A stretch of DNA of 63,952 nt, filler included, from Candidatus Omnitrophota bacterium (lineage in GTDB: Bacteria; Omnitrophota; Gorgyraeia; JAGLLT01): NCBI GenBank assembly GCA_023140385.1. It is 4 parts of 4 records of this genome, joined end to end, with 100 filler letters (N's around TTAATTAATTAA, not from the genome) between each part and the next. Parts side by side here need not be neighbours in the genome. Positions count along the whole stretch, not along the records: positions 36,063 to 59,088 come from JAGLLT010000032.1; positions 59,189 to 63,952 come from JAGLLT010000041.1; 2 more parts are not named here. One strand, given 5' to 3'. Every line of letters starts with the position of its first letter. Within the stretch, counting starts at the first letter, position 1. Shown here in pieces: positions 52,744 through 62,118 of this stretch. Below the pieces are notes generated by a model. It worked only from the letters and a program-made list of their open reading frames with translations, searched no databases and was not told the origin of the DNA. The position numbers and the translations under genes are program-made.

Positions 52744-52920
52744 AATCCTACCTCAGCTATGACATTTCAAGACAGTCTATGGGAATAACTATAGTTTGGT
52801 GATCCATCTGACATGGGAACATATCTGATTTTAACAAGTATTGTTTCCGAGCCCGGCGCTATGATGCTTCTTGGCAGTTTAGCCGCCGGTTTATTTGGTA
52901 TGGTTGGCTTGAGAAGATAG
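52744..52920 (+). pseudogene. Decayed PEP-CTERM gene remnant (C-terminal tail only)
   Basis: In frame: NPTSAMTFQDSLWE*L*FGDPSDMGTYLILTSIVSEPGAMMLLGSLAAGLFGMVGLRR*. SEP replaces PEP, two internal stops, no signal peptide. Confidence 0.8.
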
Positions 52921-53014
52921 TTTACTATGAACTAATAAATAGAAAGGAGGAAGAGATACACAAAGCTTTGAACCTTAAGCTTTAAAGCTAAAAAAGAAGG
53001 AGGCGAAAAAAGAA

Positions 53015-53611
53015 ATGAAGAAATTATTAATAATTATTGCTGCCTTTGTATTAATTGCCGGTTTTTCAGTTCAGGCTTCGGCTATTCCTGTTGCAGTTGG
53101 TGATCCCGTTGAAGGAAACAGTTGGACACAGCGATTTTATGAAAACTCAGTCGGCAATTATAATTGGGTGGGTATTTGGGGGTGTCCTTATAATACTTCC
53201 ACTAATCCCAATGGGCCAAATGTTTTTGAAGCAATAGCCCAGACTAATTTTGACAATTCTGGCTGGAGTGGAGTAGGGCCAATCCCTACGCCTGGCAGCT
53301 ATTCGTATGCTTCCGGGCCTACTACTTCTTCCATGGCATGGGATATTCATTTTACGGGAAATATGACAGATGGTGTAGAATTTTTAGTTATGGAAGCTTT
53401 AGATTGTCAGATGAAAGGAAGATGGTATGCTAGATATTCTAATGGATGGTATGTCGAAGATTGGACGTCTAGTAGTTATGATTACCTGTGGCAGAGTAAT
53501 AATGGTGGAAATCCCTGCGATCCTATCCCGGAACCGGCAACCATGATGCTTTTAGGAAGTTTGGCAACCGGATTATTTGGCGCGGCAGGTATAAGAAGAA
53601 AGATGAGGTAA
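53015..53611 (+). CDS. PEP-CTERM sorting domain protein 7
   Basis: AGGAGG RBS, signal peptide, tail IPEPATMMLLGSLATGLFGAAGIRRK. Confidence 0.92.
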   Translation: MKKLLIIIAAFVLIAGFSVQASAIPVAVGDPVEGNSWTQRFYENSVGNYNWVGIWGCPYNTSTNPNGPNVFEAIAQTNFDNSGWSGVGPIPTPGSYSYASGPTTSSMAWDIHFTGNMTDGVEFLVMEALDCQMKGRWYARYSNGWYVEDWTSSSYDYLWQSNNGGNPCDPIPEPATMMLLGSLATGLFGAAGIRRKMR

Positions 53612-53648
53612 TCTGCAGTTAGTAGTAGATTTATATCAAATAAGCAAA

Positions 53649-53683
53649 AAAAAGGAGTAAGTTTATTACACTTACTCCTTTTT
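53649..53683. terminator. Bidirectional intrinsic terminator
   Basis: AAAAAGGAGTAAGT-7 nt loop-ACTTACTCCTTTTT between convergent genes. Confidence 0.8.
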
Positions 53684-53727
53684 ATATTTATATACGCTGT
53701 TGTCTTATACGCTAAACGCTATTATTG

Positions 53728-56340
53728 TTATCTATTTTTTATTTCCTCAAGCAGTTTTTTCGCGTCTTCCAAGTTGGGATTTATTTCAAGTGCTTTTGTG
53801 ATGTAGGTAAGCGCTTGGCTCTTTTTATTCTGTTTGCTGTAGACGGCAGCCATATGATAATTCAGTGTGGCATCCTCAGGCGCCAATTTTACCGCGGCGG
53901 CAATATTAGAGGCCGCTTCTTTGATGTTTCCCTTTTTAAAATAAATCCAGCCGAGAGTGTCCATAATAGCGGCCTGCTTGGGGGCGAGCTTGTCAGCTTT
54001 TATAGCGAGCGCTAACGCCTCATCCAAATTGCCTTTCTTCTGATAAAGCCAGGCAAGATTGTTGTAGGCCAGCGGGAAGTCAGGCGCCATCTTTATTATT
54101 TCTTCGTACTCTTTAATAGCATCTTCTTTCTTCATAATTTTATCATAGGCTAAGGCCAGGCTCATACGGGGAGGTATAAAGTCGGGGGTTATTGCTATGG
54201 CCTTCTTAAAACCCTTAATGGCTTTATCATTACTGCCTTCGGTTAAATAAATACCGCTTAACTGAAGTATGACATAGATGTTATCGGGGTATTTAGCCAG
54301 TAATTCAGTGTAGATACTTTTGGCGCTTTTGAACTTCTTTTCGCGGATGTAAATATTGGCTAAGGCCAGTGAGGCCGGATTAAAATCTTTATTTATCTCC
54401 AGTGTTTTTTTATACTCGGCTTTTGCCTTAATGAAGTTACCTCTCTTAGCAAGAACGCTTGCCAGGTTGTAATGTGCGGTGACATCTTCCGGCAGAAGTT
54501 CTATTATTTTTTCAAACTGTTCTTGAGCTCGTTCGTACATCTCCTGCGCGAGATAGGTGTTGCCCAGCATATAATAACCCAGCGGGCTCTCCGGATTTTT
54601 TGTTATTATCTTTTTTGCCAGTTTTTCCGACTCTTTAAACTTGCCGGCTTGCGTATAGAGTTTGCCGAGATTAAGCTGGATAGGGCTTAAGTCAGGGTTT
54701 TTCTCGAGAATAAGCCTGAGTTCTTTGGTGGTTTTGTCCGTCTCGCCCCGCATAGCATAAAGCGTTGCCAGTCCGAGGCGGCTGTCAATGTTATCAGGCT
54801 CTATCCTAAGAACCTTCTTGAGCTCTTCCTCCGCTTTTTTATACTCTTCCTGAAGAGTATAAATTCGTGCCAGGGAGAAGTAGGGGAGCAGAAAGTCCTT
54901 CCTTAGCTTTATAGCCTTATTGAAATAAATAGCGGCTTTAGCGTAATCTTCTTTAGCGGCCATAATAGCCCCGTAGAGATTATTTACTTCCGGCTTGTCG
55001 GGTACAAGTTTAAGCGCGATCTTGGCCTGCTTTTCGGCTTCTTCAACACTCCCTTGCGACATATAGATGCCGGCCAGAGCAATATGGCCCTGAGCCACTT
55101 CAGGCCTTAATTTAACCACTTTTTTCATATTGCTTAGGGCGTCCGAAACGTTGTTCTGGGCCAGGCAGGCGCGTCCCGCCAATTCATAACCGGCGGGATT
55201 ATCGGGATAAAGTTCTTTTAATTTTTCAGCTTTAACATAAGTGAGGTCGTACTCCTTTTTCTTTAGATGACTAAGTCCCAATTCATAAAGAGTGTTTGCG
55301 CTCTTGGGGTTTATTTTTAAAGCCTCCTTTAAATGGTTCATTGCCTGTTCGGTTTTGCCTTGTTGATTGAGGCAGAAGGCGAGATTAAAATGTACCTCTT
55401 CCAGCTTTGAGTTTTTTTCATTAATCAGATAGAATTCCTCACAAGCTTTTTTATACTGCTGTTTCCTTAAATACGCGGAGCCCATTATAAAATGGATTGC
55501 CAGGTTGTCAACCTTATCTTTAGTGAGCTCTTTACATACCTTAAGAGACTCATCCAGCTTGTTTAGGGTGAGGTAGGCGTTGGCAATAGCCAGCCTTGCC
55601 GGGACAGATTTGGGTTTAATCTTTAAGGCTGCTTTATACTCTTCTAAGGCAAGTTCATATTTACCGCGGCTGGTGTATATCTGCCCCAACTGAAGATGGA
55701 GGCTGGTGTTTTTCGAACTGGTTTTAATTCCGTTTTTTAAAACTGTTATCGCTTCTTCGGCCTTGTTCGTATTTAGCAGAATTGCGGCCTTAACCAGAAA
55801 GGAGTCCGCCAGCTGTGAGTCAAGCTTTGAAGCGTGATCGGCGTTATCAAGGGCTTTGTCAAATGATTTCTTTGCCAGATAACAGCGGGCAAGAACAAGG
55901 TATGCCTTGGCGTCTAAGGGATTTGTTTCGGTAATTTCCTGAGATAACTTTATAGCCTTATCAACTTCATTCATCAAAAGATTGGCCTTGGCTAATTCCA
56001 GCTTTATGGTAGTGTTATCAGGGCTTAAGGCATGCGCCGTCTCCAGCTCTTTTACGGCCGGCGGCACTTTGCCCTGCCTTATATAGCAAACAGCCAGCTT
56101 ATAGCGGGCTTCAGCGAATTCAGGATTTAACTGAACAGCGTTTTTGAAACTGATAACGGCTTCGGGAATTTTATCTTCCGCCGCGTGAGTTACCCCTGAG
56201 TCATAAAATTGACGAGCCTGTTCTTCCTTGCTTTTTGAACAGGACATGAGGGACATGGCAAGAAGTCCGGCCAGCATTATCAGGCAAAGGCATTTTATGG
56301 AAATCTTTCTCTTTTTATTCAACTGCGATACGGCTTTCAT
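53728..56340 (-). CDS. prsT: PEP-CTERM system TPR-repeat lipoprotein (PrsT-like)
   Basis: Lipobox LMSC, continuous TPR repeats over about 800 aa, A.I.FKNAVQL.P start, YNNLAW...MDTLGWIY end; adjacent to the PEP-CTERM array. Confidence 0.82.
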   Translation of the reverse strand: MKAVSQLNKKRKISIKCLCLIMLAGLLAMSLMSCSKSKEEQARQFYDSGVTHAAEDKIPEAVISFKNAVQLNPEFAEARYKLAVCYIRQGKVPPAVKELETAHALSPDNTTIKLELAKANLLMNEVDKAIKLSQEITETNPLDAKAYLVLARCYLAKKSFDKALDNADHASKLDSQLADSFLVKAAILLNTNKAEEAITVLKNGIKTSSKNTSLHLQLGQIYTSRGKYELALEEYKAALKIKPKSVPARLAIANAYLTLNKLDESLKVCKELTKDKVDNLAIHFIMGSAYLRKQQYKKACEEFYLINEKNSKLEEVHFNLAFCLNQQGKTEQAMNHLKEALKINPKSANTLYELGLSHLKKKEYDLTYVKAEKLKELYPDNPAGYELAGRACLAQNNVSDALSNMKKVVKLRPEVAQGHIALAGIYMSQGSVEEAEKQAKIALKLVPDKPEVNNLYGAIMAAKEDYAKAAIYFNKAIKLRKDFLLPYFSLARIYTLQEEYKKAEEELKKVLRIEPDNIDSRLGLATLYAMRGETDKTTKELRLILEKNPDLSPIQLNLGKLYTQAGKFKESEKLAKKIITKNPESPLGYYMLGNTYLAQEMYERAQEQFEKIIELLPEDVTAHYNLASVLAKRGNFIKAKAEYKKTLEINKDFNPASLALANIYIREKKFKSAKSIYTELLAKYPDNIYVILQLSGIYLTEGSNDKAIKGFKKAIAITPDFIPPRMSLALAYDKIMKKEDAIKEYEEIIKMAPDFPLAYNNLAWLYQKKGNLDEALALAIKADKLAPKQAAIMDTLGWIYFKKGNIKEAASNIAAAVKLAPEDATLNYHMAAVYSKQNKKSQALTYITKALEINPNLEDAKKLLEEIKNR

Positions 56341-56481
56341 TTATTTCTCCTTTTTTGTATTTTAGTTTTTATATTATATCATTAACCACGCCGCATTTCA
56401 ATATATATTTCATCAGCATTTATTCTCTTGCGCCTTCATTTAATAGTGTTATAATGATAACAAAGGAAGAGAATTAATACT

Positions 56482-57168
56482 ATGAATAATGATAATTATA
56501 CTGTGAATGACGATTATACTATTTTTGAGAAAAGGTGCAGTAAAAGGTTAAGTTTAAAGTTTCAGGTAGAAATTGAAAATTTGAACAGTCACCGGGTGAT
56601 TAGCCTTATTACGCAGGACATAAGCGTGACCGGACTGGGAATTTCCAAACTGGCGCCGGAAGGAATGGAAGTTTTCACCGAGGAGGAGCTTGAACCCGAT
56701 ACCCCCATACGCGTAAGGCTGATGCTGCCCGGGTGTGAAAATGAAATAATCTTAAAAGCAGTCGTAAGGTGGTCGCAAAGAAACAAGAGCGGCATCTGGA
56801 GAGCTGGCATTGAATTTAATGAATCCCAGGCTAACATCAATAGGTATTATCTTCAGGAAAACGAGGGGGATGATCGAGGCGGTGAAAGGTATTGCCACCT
56901 GTTTCAAATTGAAGTTAGAAAGAAGGGCAGTCGGCAGACCAATATTGGTATATCCGCCAATTTAACTACTAAGGGTATGCAGATATTCAGTGATGTGCTC
57001 CTGTCAACCGATACGGCGGTTGAAGTAAAAATGCGTATTTTAGGCATTGATGAAAAAATGACGGTTACCGGTAAGATTCTTTGGGCAAGGCAGGAAGAAG
57101 GAGAGACGTGGAGAATGGAACTGGCGTTTGATGAGCCGATTTCCATAGAGAAGTTTAAAAATCTATAG
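56482..57168 (+). CDS. Tandem PilZ domain protein
   Basis: Two RxxxR plus (D/N)x(S/T)xxG sets: EKRCSKR/DISVTG and DRGGER/NLTTKG. Confidence 0.85.
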   Translation: MNNDNYTVNDDYTIFEKRCSKRLSLKFQVEIENLNSHRVISLITQDISVTGLGISKLAPEGMEVFTEEELEPDTPIRVRLMLPGCENEIILKAVVRWSQRNKSGIWRAGIEFNESQANINRYYLQENEGDDRGGERYCHLFQIEVRKKGSRQTNIGISANLTTKGMQIFSDVLLSTDTAVEVKMRILGIDEKMTVTGKILWARQEEGETWRMELAFDEPISIEKFKNL

Positions 57169-57194
57169 CGGTAAGTTTTTCCCCTGTAATTACT

Positions 57195-59088
57195 ATGAAA
57201 GACAATCATTCCCTGTGTAAGTCCGCGCGATACATAAAAGGCGTGGGCCCCAAAAAAATCAAAATTCTTAACTCCTTAGGCATACAAACAGTTAAAGGCC
57301 TGTTATACCATTTTCCTTTTAGATATGAAGACCGCGGCCGGCTTAAGGCCATATCAAACCTCACGCCCGGCCAATATCAGTCTTTAAAGGCTGAGGTTTT
57401 GGCTATGGGTGTAAGAAAGGCCAGAAGCGGCAGGGGTATTTTTGAGATGGCTGTGGGAGATAAAACCGGCAAGCTTTTTACTGTCTGGTTTAATCAGCCG
57501 TATATGAAAAATTATTTTAAGGTAGGAGATAAGCTTTTTCTGTACGGCAAGGTTGAAAAAAGAAAACGCCTTGAAATTATCAATCCGGAGTGCGAATTAA
57601 TACCCGGTGATGATAAAGGCGTTACTATTCATACGGACAGAATGGTGCCGATCTATCCTCTAACCAGGGGAATCGGCCAGCGGACGTTAAGAGGAATTAT
57701 TTTCGCGGCGGTAGAGGAGTTCGCTTCTTCGGCTGATGAATTTTTACCGCCCGCCTTAAGAAGAAAACATAAGCTGCTTCACATTACAGCCTCGCTAAAA
57801 AACATTCACTTTCCCGAAAACCGCGCGCTTCTAAGTGAAGCGCGCCGCCGCCTGATCTTTGAGGAATTTTTTAACTTTCAACTGGTGATGACCCTGCGCA
57901 AAAAAGCGGCTAAGGACAAGAAAGGAATTAGTTTTAAGGCGGAGGAAAAGCTGGCTGTTCGGTTTAGGGAATCTCTGCCCTTTAAATTAACAGCCTCGCA
58001 GGAAAGGGTAATGGATGAAGTAGAGAATGACATGAAGAGCTCAAGGCCGATGCGCCGCCTACTTCAGGGTGACGTGGGTTCGGGTAAAACAGTGGTAGCC
58101 CTCCACGCCCTTTTAAAGGCGGTCGAAAACGGTTATCAGGGGGTTTTTATGGCGCCCACGGAAATACTGGCTCAACAGCATTACATCAGCGTCAAGCGTA
58201 TGCTGAAAGGCCTAAGAGTTAAGGTGGTTTTGCTTGCCGGGGGGATGAAGGCAAGGGATAAGGATAAAGCGAAGAAGAAAATTGGCCGGCAAAAAGCCGG
58301 AATAATTATCGGGACTCATTCTCTCATTCAGAAAACAGTTAACTTTAACAAATTAGGTTTGGCGGTTATTGACGAACAGCATAAGTTTGGGGTGGCCCAG
58401 AGAGAGACACTGGTAAAAAAAGGGCTTTGCCCGGATGTTTTAATTATGACGGCTACTCCCATCCCCAGGTCTTTAGCTTACACCATCTATGGCGATTTAG
58501 ACCTATCTGTCATCGATAAGCTTCCGCCGGGCAGAAAGGCGGTAACTACCTGGTGGGTAAGCGGCAAAAAAAGGGATGGCGCCTATGAGTTTATCAGAAA
58601 GCAAATAGCGAATGGCCGGCAGGCGTACATTGTTTATCCCTTAGTTGAAGAGTCCGAAGCGCTGGATTTAAGAGCGGCCAAGATTATGCATAAAAAGCTC
58701 AAAGAAAGAGTTTATCCCGATTTAAACGTCGGCCTTCTCTACGGTAAGATGAAGGCGGCGGAGAAAAAAGAGATAATGCAAAAATTTAAAAGCGGACAAA
58801 TAGATATTTTGGTTTCCACAATTGTTATTGAAGTGGGTATTGATGTGGCCAACGCCGCCGTAATGCTTATAGAGCACGCGGAACGTTTTGGCCTAAGCCA
58901 GCTTCATCAGCTTAGAGGCAGAATCGGCCGGGGTAAGTTTGAGTCGTACTGTATATTAATTTCATCAAGCGGTAAAGATGAGGCTAAGCGGAGATTGTCC
59001 ATTATGTCCGCCCATAGTGATGGTTTTAAAATTGCCGAGGAGGATTTAAAGATGAGGGGCCCCGGCGAATTTTTCGGAACGCGCCAGC
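57195..59088 (+). CDS. recG: ATP-dependent DNA helicase RecG (3' truncated at gap)
   Basis: P.RYEDR, LLQGDVGSGKT, MAPTEILAQQH, DEQHKFGV, MTATPIPRS, QLHQLRGRIGRG, RGPGEFFGTRQ. Confidence 0.97.
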
Positions 59089-59188
59089 NNNNNNNNNNNN
59101 NNNNNNNNNNNNNNNNNNNNNNNNNNNNNNNNTTAATTAATTAANNNNNNNNNNNNNNNNNNNNNNNNNNNNNNNNNNNNNNNNNNNN
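59089..59188. other. Artificial contig spacer
   Basis: 100 nt of Ns around TTAATTAATTAA. Confidence 0.97.
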
Positions 59189-61101
59189 TATATGGTGAGT
59201 TAGTCGGTCAGTTTTATCCTTTTTGGCCGCCAACTGGCTCTCCGCCTTTTAACGCCCTTAATAATGCCTGCTACGTTATTTTAACCGACTATGAACCTGA
59301 TACCGATATGGAACTTTATGTAACCAAGCCTACCTATCATTATAAGTGGGCAGATGACTACGAGGCTACCTATGACAGCTTTGTTTTTGAGAACATTAAT
59401 GTCTTAAGACTTGAAAGCGTCCGCGAGGTTCCTTATAATAGTGGTAATTTTGTTTCAGTTGAGAATTTACCCATATTCGTACCCGATGATGGAAAGGGGA
59501 GGGGGCTTCCTTTAGAGTTGATTAATATGCCTTATCTAAACTTAAAGTTTAATCAGGAGTTGTCCAATACTCAAATTAACACAGTCCAGGCTGTTTTAAC
59601 CATAGGCAGTCAGCAAAGCACAACTTATGACTTAACTGAAACCGCTTCCAACTCCGGCCTTTTCACTGACGCGGTTAATAACCTGACAGTCCAGCTTGAC
59701 CCTCTATCTGAAACCTCCACCCAATCAGCCGATGAAATAACCTGTTTGCTTACTTCATTAACTGATAACATAAACAACAAAATCTTTAACCTGAAAGAGT
59801 CAGCCTCCGACTCTCTTAACTTTACTGATATAAAGAGCTTTGTAACTGTAACCTTTGAGCAGGAGCTATCTCCTGATATAGAAGACGCCTTATCCCTACA
59901 ATACACAAGAGGCCTTATGGCAACAGAAGTAACCCTTACTGAAACAAACACAGACTCCAAGACATTCACTAATGAGGACGGTTCACTTTCAGTTGTACTC
60001 AACAATCACATTGACTTCTTGCCTGATATACTCAATATCAACATCCCCAACGATAATACTCTCGAACTGTCCAATCCGAAGCTTGCTCTTAATAGACTTT
60101 ATGCTGATGAATATATTTATGATACTATGCCGTTAGGAAAGGCTGTTGATGTTGAGCCAATAGATCCATCAATGACAGGAGAAGGTGTATTCAAGGTAAG
60201 ATTAACAGGCTTATCTGATATTTCTTCAGAAGCGTTAGAAGAGCTATCTATAATCTTAACCACGGACATTGAATCAAAGACTCTTAGTTTAAACCAACAA
60301 GAAGACGGTTCTTATGCTACAGAAGGAATTATCCTTGTCCATGAAGGCGAAACTGCTTCTTATGAAGGTATTCATAGCTTGCAGGCTATTAATGATGGAA
60401 ATTTCGAGGCTGTAATTGAAGGTAAGGAAGATATTGAAAATAATACTAAAACAAAAGCTCCTGCCTTTACCGGACAATTTTATCCGGAAGGTGTAGTAAA
60501 GGCTGCCAAAAAGGCGGCTAAGGTTTTAAGAGATGACCTTGGTTATTTTGCCCTCCCAATTAATGAAGATGGTATCTATGCTGCCCTTACCAAGAAGCAA
60601 TTCTTAGAAAATGTACCCAAGCATTCAGTGTGGTTTACCTTCTGCCATGGAAGACGAAGTGATTTAGCGGATGATGGAACACGAACTCCTCTTTCTTTTA
60701 AGCACCTTGTCCTTAGAAAAACCGGTACTTCTTCAACTCGTATCAGCATTTTACCTAATGATGTCGTAAGTGCCATAGGAGATAATGAATACAAATTAGT
60801 CTTTTTAGATTCCTGCTGGTCCGCAGATCCAACCCCGGGCAGTAATACAGATGCTTTTATATCTGCTTTTAGAACCGACTGCTATATTGGCTGGACTAGA
60901 GATATAGGTGAATATGCCGGTGAATGGGCGGCTGGGGAATTCTTTAAGCAGTGTGTTGACAAAAAGACAATGGAAGCAACATTTGATACAAATGAGGCAG
61001 GTAAAAGTATAGGTTGTATAGTAGATGACTATAAACTTCAGTGCCTTGGTGGACCTAATAAAGATATCGATATTAACCTGAACCATCCACAAGAAGAATG
61101 A
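59189..61101 (+). CDS. Large repeat protein (5' partial) with C-terminal caspase/gingipain-like cysteine peptidase domain
   Basis: Frame open from the contig edge (YGELVGQFYPFW...). LTET.S.S..FT repeats; C-terminal WFTFCHG and LVFLDSCWS dyad motifs. Confidence 0.7.
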
Positions 61102-62066
61102 AAAAGTACCTCTTTATATTCATTACTGTACTTATTTTAACCTCTCAAGCCTCTTCTGTTTTTTCCTCTGAAAAGGAACTATCCGAAGAACAACTACTTG
61201 CTATTTATCATCAAAGGCTCAAAGACTTAAACCTTCCTCAGATGTATGAAGGTTTAAAAGAAGAAGATTTTGATGCTGACTTAAAAGTTGTCTATAAAAT
61301 CGATGAAAATAGATACAATAAAAGAGTTGCTATTATTGGTAAAAGCATAAATTCAAAATACAGGATGGAATTAGATCCAACTACAGGACAAATTTTACAT
61401 TTTTACAGCAAAATATTAAATGAAAAAATAAACAAAGATAACATCCTCTATAAAAAAGGAGAACAGCCGAATAGAGATAAACAGGAAATTATTAAAGAAG
61501 CAGAAGAGTATGCAAAAATTATGAATAACGGCTCAATTCCTGAAGGATACTTTTTTGATAATGCTCATTTCGCTATTACTTTTTCTCTTAATAGTAAATT
61601 GGATTACGATGGATATTGGAGCATCATGTGGAGAAAAAAAATTGACGGCTATAAAACATGGGCAGATGCTATTAGTGTATGTATAAATGAAAGATATGGA
61701 ATAATACGTTACAGTTTTCCTACTCCCTTTAAATATATCTCCCCAAAGAAAATCAATATCTCTTCTAAGGAAGAAGCCATCAAATTAGCCAGAAAATTAG
61801 GCGCTGAGCTGATAAATAATAAAAGTTTCCGTTACTATAACCGTTTCAGAGGTTATAAAATTGGCAAATTTGTCTCGGCTGATATGGTAATTACGACAAG
61901 AAGCTGCATTGATGGTAAAATCACCTTTTGTCCCCAACCGGTTGGCCGTCTTCTTTGGGCGGTAAGCTTTAGAGCAGAAGAGATTGAACCAAGAGAAGGA
62001 GACGCCTCATTTCCCGTAGGATTTCATATTGATGTTGAGACCGGTGAATTAGTTGGTTTTAGGTGA
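61098..62066 (+). CDS. Secreted protein with PepSY/YcdB-like repeats
   Basis: Signal peptide; MELDPTTGQIL, SKEEAIKLA, LLWAVSF...IDVETGELV. Confidence 0.65.
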   Translation: MKKYLFIFITVLILTSQASSVFSSEKELSEEQLLAIYHQRLKDLNLPQMYEGLKEEDFDADLKVVYKIDENRYNKRVAIIGKSINSKYRMELDPTTGQILHFYSKILNEKINKDNILYKKGEQPNRDKQEIIKEAEEYAKIMNNGSIPEGYFFDNAHFAITFSLNSKLDYDGYWSIMWRKKIDGYKTWADAISVCINERYGIIRYSFPTPFKYISPKKINISSKEEAIKLARKLGAELINNKSFRYYNRFRGYKIGKFVSADMVITTRSCIDGKITFCPQPVGRLLWAVSFRAEEIEPREGDASFPVGFHIDVETGELVGFR

Positions 62067-62118
62067 GAGAGGGCACTCCGCTTTTATTTTAAATTAACAG
62101 ACGAAACTTTTTAAAACT

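Noticed and set aside
47470..53611. Diversity-generating retroelement acting on the PEP-CTERM tails
   Set aside because: No reverse transcriptase in the window, and tail differences are mostly synonymous and not adenine-specific.
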